Assembly (NCBI RefSeq): GCF_001194135.2
Contig: NC_068998.1
Span: 24,755,975-24,819,974 of the forward strand
From: Octopus bimaculoides
Lineage: Eukaryota
DNA: 64,000 bases
Direction: 5' to 3'
Part shown: positions 25,853 through 37,163 of the stretch, one piece after another
Layout of the letters: each line of letters starts with the position of its first letter
How positions within the stretch are numbered: the first letter of the stretch is position 1
Notes under the pieces: generated by a model
The model's database searches: none
Seen by the model: the letters and a program-made list of their open reading frames with translations, nothing else
Told to the model about the DNA's origin: nothing
Made by a program: the position numbers and the translations under genes

Positions 25853-27349
25853 ATTAAATGTAATATGTTTATAAATAAGTATTTTCAGTCGCACACAATT
25901 GATGGAGGTTCTACAAGATGAATCTACCTATAATGGTAAAATCTTCCTCATATCACACACTGTTTTAAAATGAATAAAATTATATTATATAGTGTATTCA
26001 TAAAAATTTGTAAGCAAAATAACTTATCGTTATCGCTGGGAGCTTGATCGATTTGGGATTTGTATGTACAATTTAGAAAGCAACTACAAATCTTTGTTAC
26101 ACGTTTGCTTAGTATGATTGTTTCGGTTCATATTGAATTTATGACATATTTCTCCCTCTCCCGTTATTCCTTACAAAAATATATAACGTTTAATGTTGTT
26201 TTATTTAAAAAGAAATACCCATATATATATTAATTTAAATTTGAGGTATTCCTCATCTAATCATTTTATTGCAGTTTAAATGATATCAGTTCAATTGTAC
26301 AAATTTGAGGTATGTATCATGATTCTAATCAGTGGGTTATGTTCATCATTCTCCCCATTTCAAATAGCTAACGGCTTAGAAATGCATGTCTTTAATATAT
26401 GCTCATTATTTATAAAACTGTAGCGATTACACAGTTGCTCATAGACGAAAGCATAGCTAATTGGAAGCATGTCTCTCATTATCAACTCTTAGTTAAACTG
26501 TTAGTTATTACAACAGCATACACTAAATGCAATGGAGAAATATTTTAAGGACGACTCTTTTAAGAATAAATAAAGACTCTGAGTCACTCATTATCCAATG
26601 GGATATTTTCAAGTCTAATAAAAGAGCTGTAACCTGACTACATTCAGAAAACTTAATAACTACATCATACCGAATAACAAATCCCGTACTTATCTCGAAC
26701 AGTTATCCTTTGTTGAAATATATACTATTGTTGTATTTTCTATCATGGTAACTAAATAGAAAATAGGAACTGTATCGACACAATGTAAATCTTAAAATGT
26801 TTGGAGAAATACTTTCATTACGTCTTTTTTCTTTTACCTTTATTCACTTTAGTTTGTTAACTAACCATTTGTTTGTACCCACTTACTTTAATCGACATGT
26901 CTACCACATATCATCCATTGAGGGTAGTAACGCTTTTCTTAATCTCAGAGAAAAGTTTTCTTTGGCATTTCTGTCATTGCTTGTTTAGTCTAGATTGTGC
27001 AGTCATGTGATGAAAGGCATTTCAGGCGTAACTCTTTCGTTTTTGATCCATATATTTAGTAGTACATCATTCAGCGTATTCAGCTTAAGGTAGAATGTGA
27101 GTTGAGAGAATTCGGCTTGCTTGTTTGTAAATGATCGAAAGAAAGTATGAAGGTAGACTTAGTTTCTTGAACCAGATCAATGTAGGCTGATATTGAAAGA
27201 ATAACTGTTTTCAGTTTGCAAAGGAACTTCTCTTTAGTTGATTCTCTGCCAGGTGTGCAGTAATACGATGGTGCTTCAGACTATTAATCTACGACTAATG
27301 GAGTGAGTTGTGAGAATAACTCGTGATTGCTTCACACAAAATAAAACGA

Positions 27350-27468
27350 GAATTAGTGAAATAAAGTGTCTTGTTCAACACACAACCCGGTCAGCGAATC
27401 GAACTCACTACCTCAGGATTGTGAGCCCGACGCTCAAACCAATGAGCCATGTGCCTCACGCCGACATA
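27350..27468 (-). mobile_element. SINE family C, 5' part
   Basis: gtgaaataaagtgtcttgttcaacacacaacc...gaatcgaactc...aaaccaatgagccatgtgcctcac; the reverse strand gives tRNA-like A- and B-box motifs. Confidence 0.6.
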
Positions 27469-30201
27469 TATGCACAGTAACTACCCCGCCTCAGATGCTA
27501 AGGAACAGGAGAGTTTCAATAGTAAAACTGTTCATACCGCAGAATTCGTCAATTCACCCAGTTCGTCTTGCACAAAGTATTACTTTCTTACTGCTAATTA
27601 AGCTTATCTTTCGGTAAGAATAGATGTGAAAGTGAATGAAGGAAACAGAATGTTGACAGTGCAACATTACTAAGACTGTACCAGATAATGGCTGTCATAT
27701 TGATGTGATAAGGATTTAGTTGAAATATTTTATCCAAAATGTCTAATATCACAGAATAAGCAGTGTTTACAATTTCAGTTCTTTCAAAATATTTCACTTA
27801 AACCAAACGTTTTAATTAGTCGTTAACGTTTTATGGCTATTAAAGTATTTGTACAAAATCTAAGTTTTTTTTTTTAATGTTTATTTTAGTATAGAAACTA
27901 TTCTTCATATATTCACATCAGCAGTGTGTGTGTGTGTGTTTTACATGGTTGAAGCTTGACTTCATTCGTTCTGAAGATTTTATATTAAAATAGTTGTGTC
28001 ATTTATTTCGATGAAAATACAGTAGCTGTAAAATATTACGACATTAATATAGTTGTATTCTATCACTGGCCTATAAATTATCACTAGAAAACATTTAATT
28101 ACTATAGAAATTACATTAAAATATATTTTATTGCAACAAAAAGAAAAAAAGACTATCTCCAAACTCTCTGCTAAAAATTTACCATATCTACGGATAAAAA
28201 GTGAAGTCGTTAACAATCAAGGGAATGATATCGATAGATAAAGATGCTTTGGTGTGTGTTAGTCGTCTTAGTTTGGATTCTAAACAATGTGAAAGTACAA
28301 GAGACTCTAAGCAAAGGTCTACTGGGATTTTGCGTTGTGAGAATTACGTTTCATATTTATCGGTCATGTTGATCTACTGCATACTGGAGATCATCAAGGT
28401 ACTAAACCATCCAAACACGCCAACCCATCTCGTAACCTTGGTCCATGTTAGACTTATTTATATTACGGCAAGCTGCACGAACGTCTGTACAGCTGGAGGA
28501 GGTAGAATAAAAATAGGCCGATGATACGAATTCATACGTTGAACTACGTATGATGCCTTTAATTTTCACTGGAACTTTAAATTACTGTCAAACATTATCG
28601 TTGAAAATAATGTCGTAAGTACAATTTACATTGAGCTTGTCCAGATATCCTGAATGGAAATAGTATGGTACACTACATTACAAAAACAAAAATTAGCCTG
28701 AGTGCTTACTAGGTCATCAGACGTTGAAATGCGACTCTATAGAGCGGGAAATATCGTCAATAACTATCTGGCCGGATAGGCTAATATGATATCGCCAGCA
28801 GCGGTGGGCATGCTTGAAGTTCCTTAGGAAAGATTTGCCAATATATTGACCTTACCCATCTATTTTATTCCTCAAGGATATGGGCATGTTTAACATGTCT
28901 AAAAAAATTCCCCATCGAACTTCAGGAGAAAGGAAAGAATACCTAGAGGTAGATAAACGTTGAGATGTTTGGCAGTATATATAGTTGTTTTACAACACCC
29001 TTGCAGGCCGACGTTGAGTCGTTGACCTTAAAACGTTGCAGCATTCGTTAGGGTTTTTCTTTGTTGTTTAACCGCAAGTTTTTTTTGTGAGCGAGTCGAT
29101 TGAAAACTCGTATCTACGTATGACATATTTCCGTTATTTAATTTATGGTAATTAAAATGACCGAGAAAAATGTCGCGTTCATGGTTAGAAAGATTACCTT
29201 GGGTGAGAATGTTTGTTAGGAGATTGGCTGAAGCAACTATACACTACCCTTAGCGGTGTGCAATGAAGGGAGCTATTTAAGACTACATAGTCACAATACA
29301 TCCATATTACTGTTGTTATACGGGAAGTTTTATGAGCAGTTTTTAACCATCTTTGTCAGTGGTTACAGACAGATGATCAACAGGGAATGGGTTGTTAAGA
29401 TTTTATAAAGAGCTTGTTAGAACTTTTGATATGAATTTTGAGAATTATGCCATTCGATAGAAGCATTCACATCAGGCAGAAACGTCTCCTTCATTAAAGT
29501 AACAGACGTCATAGACATAGCTGTGTTCTTACCGCTTTTGCTTCTCATCCTTATTCTTCTGAGTATGATCTCACTATGTGGGACTGTGGTTATATGTTTT
29601 TTTTTTTAGATTTCTATGTTGATTCTGATATCATGAGCACAGTTTCACTGAGGGTAAAACCACTATATAGTTCATTATATTGGATATAATGAACTATATT
29701 TCTATTTATTTATTTATAGTGGGAGGCAAAATAGTTGGATCCAGTAATTAGAAGTTCAGAATTTGAAAAACCGGATTAATTGCAAGCACTGAACAAAATG
29801 ATTCAATGCACAACCCAAGGGTTATCAGTATTAGCAATCCGTCTGCTGATAATATTTGCAGTAATAATAGCCACGAAAGAAAGTCGATATTAGCAATTTA
29901 TCAACAGATCAAATCTCGTCTGTCTGTAAGGCTTCAATTTAAGACAATTATTGACGTCACAAAATCACATGTTTATCTCTTCACATACTTGTATCTAGCT
30001 TCATTTCCAAGCACTGTTTTAATACATTACTACTATTTAAAACCTAATGTTATTGGAAACATATTTAATCAACCATTTTATATAAAGTACAAGGTACATA
30101 CTTTTATACATGTTCTTTGCAGTATCATTACTATTTGTTGTTTAAGTTAACATGCAAACCGAATATCATAGTATTCCTACTATGAACTTACGGTTTAAAA
30201 C

Positions 30202-30400
30202 TGGTTGCAAAATTTGGCACAAGACCGACCATTTCAGGGGAGTGGTAAGTCGATTACATGGACTTCGGTGCTCAACTGGTACTTATTTTATCGATTCCAA
30301 AAGAAAGAAAAGCAAAGTCAGTTTCGGCAAATATTGAACTCAGAACATAAAGATGCTAAGCATTTTGCCCGGCGTGCTAACGATTCTGCCAGCTCGTCAC
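30202..30400 (-). mobile_element. SINE family A, near full length
   Basis: aatttggcacaagacc, gtcgattacat, ggtacttattttatcga, ttgaactcagaac, gcattttgcccggcgtgctaacgattctgccagctcg. Confidence 0.9.
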
Positions 30401-30857
30401 TTTCAAACGGTTTAATACTAAGGCAATACATGTAAATAAACGTAACCCGGAAGGGCGAAATATGGGGGATACTTCGGGCTGTATCTAAAGGGGGAAGATG
30501 TACCTGTGGTGCCATGTTCAGTAGAGAAAGAATCACTCCATATAGGAAGGAAGGCATTTCAGCAGATTTTTATAGTCGGCGCGGTGTAGGGCGCAGTTGT
30601 AATATTCAGCGTATTGCTCGAATATTTCTTTATTGGCGGATAAGGATAATTTCCTATATGATACGCTATTCATAATGGAGTTTAGAACAGCTGCAGTGTG
30701 GGTAAATTGGGAAGAAGTTAACGTATTAAGGTTTTCCCCTGAGTTTATGGTACGATACAGTGTGCTGTTTTGTAATATTAATACTTGAACTGAAAGACAC
30801 GCTAAAGCTCACGTTTTTGAAGAAGTATCTAATTTTTTTCCTATCCAGGTTGTACGC

Positions 30858-31040
30858 TAGTTGAAACGCTTAGTAGCATTTCGCCCCTATTAACATTCTG
30901 AAATCAAATTCCGCCGTATCTTCTTTGCCATTCATTCCTTTCGGTATCGATACAATAAGTACCAGATAAACACTGGCTTCGATATAATCGAATTATCCCC
31001 TCTGCTGAACTTGCTGGCCTTGTGCCACGATTTGAAACCT
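30858..31040 (+). mobile_element. SINE family A, 5'-eroded
   Basis: aaatcaaattccgccg, cctttcggtatcgatacaataagtaccag, ggccttgtgccacgatttgaaacc. Confidence 0.85.
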
Positions 31041-31042
31041 TT

Positions 31043-31063
31043 ATCATCATCATCATCATCACC

Positions 31064-31140
<77 letters not shown>
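31043..31140 (+). repeat. Compound trinucleotide tract (ATC)n-(ATT)n-(AGT)n at a SINE tail
   Basis: Directly visible. Confidence 0.95.
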
Positions 31141-31142
<2 letters not shown>

Positions 31143-32480
31143 TGTATGTATGAATATATATCTGTACTTCAATTGTGAAATCATCTTATGTACTACACCA
31201 ACCCACATTTTATTACTCAATAATACTAAAAAAAGAACAAAATACCATAATTCATTTCTGTATGTAAGTAGTAAAGGTATATAATTTAATCGTATATACG
31301 CTAATTTTTTTCTTTTCCTTTTCTTTTTTTTTTACAACTGTGTTTATTTGCACGAGGTTGTGTATGTCTCTCTCTGTGAGAAGATCCTGTTTGCAAACTA
31401 TGTATGCTTCAGTCTTTCGATTATTATATACGTCAGTTGCTGCTTGTTCTTTTTATAAATCACTCAGCCACTTAAGTGAAGAACAACACACTGTAAATAC
31501 AAACATCGGATGAATACAGAGAATAATAGCAGCTCACTGTGATACCATCATAATTTCGATTGCCATTAGATGCATCGGTATTGTCCTTCTCGTAGCCATT
31601 AACTATCTGCTTTGTGTTGCGTTGCATTTTCATTTTAGTAACTTACACCCACTGTTATTTCTTTGTTAGGATCGAAATTAGCCACTTAATAAAGATGAAT
31701 TCAGCAAGTAAATTATTCATAGGAGTAGCTTTTTCAACGGTTCGTCTTTCAATATTAGCACTCTGTAAGTCTCGGGCTTTGAAGTAAATGCGATATAGAT
31801 CATTAAGTAAGTGAACCATTGACTGAGAAATTTATTTTGTTAGCATCTGTGGAATCAATTGATGAATAGGGACACAAACATTCAAAATATACATGTTCAC
31901 TCATGTAGAAATATTGATATATATACACAAGCACACGCCATCATTTGCACTTATCTATGTTAATGTTGACGTCATATAATTGGACGTGATGAGAGGCTGC
32001 AGTGTACAGTTATATGTTTTTATATACGAATGTTATTCTACTTTTGTAACACCATGATTTTAGCTTGTTTACCTATGTTTAGAATTGATGTGTTGTTGAA
32101 CATAATGAAGGAGAGTTTGATAATGAAATATCATGAGCGTAATTTGATAACTGTTTGGATGTAGTGTTTGGTGATACTCATACTAAGCGAGAGACATTGC
32201 TACAGATTTCAGAAATCTCGCTAAAACGAATATATATTTAACTGTATTCAATATAGGTGTATAAACGAATTTATGTGTTGCTTTAAAGGAATAATTTATG
32301 GGATATACGGTGTAAAAATAGAATTAAATCAATTTCAGTCATCAAATACATTTAAGCTAACATGGAATAGATCCGTTTCTAAATCTAGTTATTTTGTTTC
32401 TCGCTTATTTAAACACTTGTGCGGTTTATTACTGTAATGTAAGTTTTGCTTCATTCGTAAGGAAAAGAACGCTGGGGAGA

Positions 32481-32511
<31 letters not shown>

Positions 32512-33972
32512 CACACATTGTAAAACGCTACATTGTGTTTCACGGTGAGTCTTGTAAATACCAAAAACAAAAAGTGACGCCATATAATTCGAAATTAATC
32601 AAATCTATTCTGCTTTACTACAAAGTATTTGTTGCTCTTTTTGTAGTTCTGGATTCTCAGACAATCCTTCAGGCTTTTTCCACAATGCAGTAGTGTTTCA
32701 GCACACCACCGCATTGTTCTTTAAATTCGTTGTATTGTTAATTTACTAGCTTGCACTCAAAGTGCCGAAACACTCTTTATCTTCTTTACACCCAGATGTG
32801 AAACAAAGCAAAATAACTCAATGTTAGATTCATCACTTTCACGGCAATTAAGTTCTGCCTACTCTATTACATTCAACACGTTGTGTATCAATGCACTTCA
32901 AAATGTTTTGCAAGATTTTAATCATTCTCGGGGATTTTAATCACCATAGGGATTGTTTTTTTCTTTTTGATTTTTGAAATTTGTATCTTATTTGGAGATA
33001 AGCGCAGTTTTATGCATCTTGGGTACATGCAGTGTTTGTTTGGCTTTTCATTCTATAACATTGATAATACACTATGTCTTTCTCTATGTAATTGTCTATG
33101 TTGTGCATATGCATATATCATATTTTACTTGTCTGCAGTTTTATTTAAAAATTGAAACCCATTATTAAAATTTTTCCCAGTCGATTTCTCAGTACAATCC
33201 CATCTGTTGATGAGTATTAAGGGGTCGTTTGGGAATCGCATCTTACACACTGTTATATCTATTTCAAAATATTAGTATGTGGATAATTCTCCAATTGTAG
33301 ACTACGGCGACTCATAATCTATTAAAGTGTAGTTCTTCTAGTTATCCGTAAACCTATCAGGCAGGTTAACTTTTAATACCTTTCTGTGGATTAAGATATC
33401 CATGAGGAATAATTGCTTTAACCCTCACTGAAGTATTTCTGAAATTGATAAAAAAAAAGTAAGAAGAGCACACGAGTAGGATGGCAAGACTTGCAAAACG
33501 TTAGGCTCTGAGAAAGCTATCCCTAGCTGCATTTATATCGTCTCAGCGTTGTAGCACTCCTTTGTGTTGCGATTTACTTTAATAAAAAAGCTGACTAGCC
33601 TGTCCCTTCTTGTGGAAAGGTATGCACAGGCACGTGCATCCAGTGAAAGCGAAAACTTGAGGTTCCTTATGTGGAAGGCGAACATATAGTGTGATCACGC
33701 CTTTCGTGCGGCAACCTTTATCACCAATCCTTTCTTTAACTAAGCTGCAGTCGTGCGTCAAACGCAGTTAGAACGCCTTACACATCTGGGATATTACCAG
33801 AAGCGCAGTGCACATTTCCAAATAAAGTATACGTTCTGCGGTACGTCAGCAAAGGGTCTCTTTGGAAAACTCTTCTTTTTTTATGGGAATAGAGTTGGTT
33901 TTCTTGGTCATTCCCCACTTTTCAATATGTTAATTTTCTAATTTCTCCAAGCATGAGAAAACAACAAAAACG

Positions 33973-33993
33973 CATCATCATCATCATCATCAT

Positions 33994-34038
<45 letters not shown>

Positions 34039-34062
34039 TATCATCATCATCATCATCATCAT
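33973..34062 (+). repeat. (ATC)n microsatellite
   Basis: About 30 near-perfect units; source of the poly-Ile and poly-Met pseudo-ORFs. Confidence 0.95.
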
Positions 34063-34859
34063 GTTTTCAGTGTTTTTATTGCTTTGTTTTACATCAGCCG
34101 TTCCATGTTTCAACCAGAGATATCAAGAAACAGCAAGTTAAACGTTTTACTGTAACATATTTATAAGTAGCTATGATGTGCTTTAAGGAAAGGAGACCAA
34201 ATACTGAGACGTGTGACTTCGTTAAAAGTTTTTTGTAATATTTGTGCTTTTGAAAGGTTTTTAAGTGCCTTTCTATCTGATTTTTTTTCTATGCGATTTG
34301 TAAACGCGTATCTATTTCTTTATGTAGATGTGTATGCTGTTAATTCTAGGTTTTATGCTAGCAATATTTGTGTGTAGTGCCATTATTACATGTTCACATA
34401 TACTAATTTCTAGAAATTGGCTTTAGAATAGTGACAGGTAGGGAGGGAAGAGGAAATAAAGAGAAACACAGTCAACCAGACATACAGACAGAAAAAGGTG
34501 TAGAGATGCATACATATTAATTTATAAATAAATTTAGTTGAATGTCACAAGGAACGAAGAGATAATTAAATAGGGGACAAAATTAAAATTTTAAATATGT
34601 TGTTGCTGTTTGCTTTTTGAGAGCGATATGCTAGTATTGGTGCCAATTATTAGCAAGGTCGATGTATGTTTAAAATATGTGACAGATGTGACAGGAGTTA
34701 TTAACGAATACTACTTTCAAATGTGGTGGTAGATTTGGTAGCTACAAATAGTGCCATACTGGCTAACTCGTTGTTTCAATTCACCTCCACGAACAGATGA
34801 ATATATTGACAGTTAAATGTAAGCATTATTGCGATGTTTAAAATATTTACTGGGTGCAA

Positions 34860-35060
34860 GGCGACGGGCTAACAGAAGCGATAGCACCCAGGCCAAAATA
34901 TCTAGTGGCATTTCGTCCGTCTGAGTTCATATTCTGCGGGGTCGGCTTTGCCATTCATCCATTTCGGGGTCGATAAAACAAGTATCAGTTGAACACTGGG
35001 ATCTATTTAATCGACTTACTATCTTCCCGAACCTGCTGACTTTGGCCGAAATTTGAAACA
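34860..35060 (+). mobile_element. SINE family A
   Basis: ggcgacgggctaacagaagcgatagcac head, catttcggggtcgataaaacaagtatcag, aatttgaaac tail. Confidence 0.8.
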
Positions 35061-35182
35061 AATATTTACTAGGTGTATTTTGCTGTGGCATAAATAGTGT
35101 TGGAGGTGTTTAACTGTTTTACAGCGAATAAGTAAGATCGATTACTTTGTTTCAATTTCCAACTGTATTTATCATCACCGAC

Positions 35183-35590
35183 AGGCATGGCTGTGTGGTA
35201 ATTAGTTTGCTTAACAGCCACATGGTTCCATGTTCAGTCCCACGTCGTGGAACCTTGCCGTAGTGTCTTCTACTATACCCCTGGGCTGACCAAAGCCTTG
35301 TGAATAGATTTGGTAGACGGAAACTGAAAGAAGTCTGTGGTATATATACATGTGTGTGTATGTGTCTGTCTGTCTCTGTGTGTGTATGTTTGTGTGTCTG
35401 TGTAAGTCCCCCTCCACGATCGCTTGACCACTGATGTGGTGTTTATGTCCCCGTATCTTAGCGGTTCGGCAGAAGGGACTGATTGAATAAGTAAAAAGAA
35501 AAAGTCCTAGGGGTGATTTGTTCAACTAATGGCTGTCCTCCAGCATGGCCGTGGTCAAATGACTGAAATAAATAAAAGAATAAAAGAATA
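35183..35590 (+). mobile_element. SINE family B, full length
   Basis: ggctgtgtggtaa head, gtgtcttctactata, ccaaagccttgtgaatagatttggtagacggaaactgaaagaag, internal (TG)n, atcgcttgacc, tccagcatggccgtggtcaaatgactgaaa, (ATAAAAGA)n tail. Confidence 0.9.
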
Positions 35591-35729
35591 TATATATAGT
35601 AACATAAAGGGAGGAATTTCGATTATCCCCACGTGGTGAGTAGTAACGCAATATATATATATATAAAATAAAATAAGGAAAATGCACGCACTTTACATAG
35701 TTTTGATATATTTTAAATAAATTTTATTT

Positions 35730-36290
35730 TATGTTTTTCGACCGGCTTCGCTTTCGATAATCAGGACATTGAAATTATTGTAATTTCGTATTTTCTTAAA
35801 GAGATGTTATTCCGTGTTGTGTGTGGCGAATTTTGTGAATGAATGTTTCAACAAGTAGAAAAATCTGAGAGGCGGTAATTGGTGAGATGAGATATGTACA
35901 GTGATGGGGATGTGATCATGAACTAGAATTTATACTGAGATCAAAGTTGGTTATGGGTTCATATTTAGACGTGTTCTGTGTTTTTCGATGAACAAATTTT
36001 ATTTATTTAAACATTTTTGCATAGAAATTGTTTCTTTGCACTGGTAGATGGGGAAAACTGTGAAGTTTGGTTGGTTGGATATTTCCTGCATATCTCTCCA
36101 TGTGTTCACTCAAAGGAATCTGTTTATATTGCGGGAACTGGATCTGTTCCTTATGAAGAGTGGTTCTCCGTTTGGCTGTCGTACTTGTCCGTCCTATGTA
36201 GTTATGTCCACAACCTGAGCAAGTTATAACATAAGGTTCACAGTTAAAACCAACTTATCTTGTGCTTCCGAGGATCTACCTTAGGTTGTA
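35730..36290 (-). mobile_element. PLE 3' fragment (lineage 2): GIY-YIG endonuclease plus downstream degenerate hammerhead
   Basis: Minus frame reads YVITCSGCGHNYIGRTSTTAKRRTTLHKEQIQFPQYKQIPLSEH (YIG at 36192-36200), ending ...RLNMNP* near 35951; minus-strand atgtc-CTGATTA...GAAA-aacat at 35731-35769. Confidence 0.85.
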
Positions 36291-36520
36291 ACTTGCTCAG
36301 TTATATGTATCTTTTCCTGTCTTTACTTACCGAGTTAAAACAAAAACTGCTGAGGTCAAGTTTGCTTTTCATTTTTGCGAGATTGTTAAATTATAATCGC
36401 AGTCAAAGCTGCTGTCAATCTAACGGATAGCATCTCCGAATATAATTGCCAAAAGAAAGAATTATTATTAATAATATTATAACTTTTATGGTAGCATGCA
36501 CCGCTAAAACCTGAATTATT

Positions 36521-36555
<35 letters not shown>

Positions 36556-36618
36556 TATGAATATCTCCAATTATGTCATCAAATGTGTTATTATATAATA
36601 ACCAGTAATAAATATATT

Positions 36619-36798
36619 GGTTCCCAATGTTGGCATTATGCCTGCAATTTGGGGCGGTGCTGAGAAATTGATTACATCGACCTTAGTGGTCATCTGATGC
36701 ATATTTTAGCGACCCCGAAAGGACGAAAGGTTAAGTCGACATTGGTGGAATTTACTGCTAGGTATTTTACTCAGTTTGCTAACGGCCCTGTCAGCTTG
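36619..36798 (-). mobile_element. SINE family A, degenerate
   Basis: gattacatcgacc, gcgaccccgaaaggacgaaagg, gtcgacattggtggaattt blocks. Confidence 0.75.
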
Positions 36799-37163
36799 TA
36801 GTTTTATAAGTCACAATAGTATTAATATGATCTATTTGTAGAATGAATTGTCTAATTCTCTTGGTATTTATAGGAAGACTTCAGCGTAACTTGCATTGTA
36901 AATTTCTAATGCTTAACTTTTAATCCATTTTAGCATTATATATATATATATATATGTGTGTATATNNNNNNNNNNNNNNNNNNNNNNNNNNNNNNNNNNN
37001 NNNNNNNNNNNNNNNNNNNNNNNNNNNNNNNNNNNNNNNNNNNNNNNNNNNNNNNNNNNNNNNNNNNNNNNNNNNNNNNNNNNNNNNNNNNNNNNNNNNN
37101 NNNNNNNNNNNNNNNNNNNNNNNNNNNNNNNNNNNNATGCACACACGCACGCGCATATATATG

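Noticed and set aside
28690-28712. Minus-strand CTGATGA followed by a cct...agg stem
   Set aside because: No GAAA core strand downstream.
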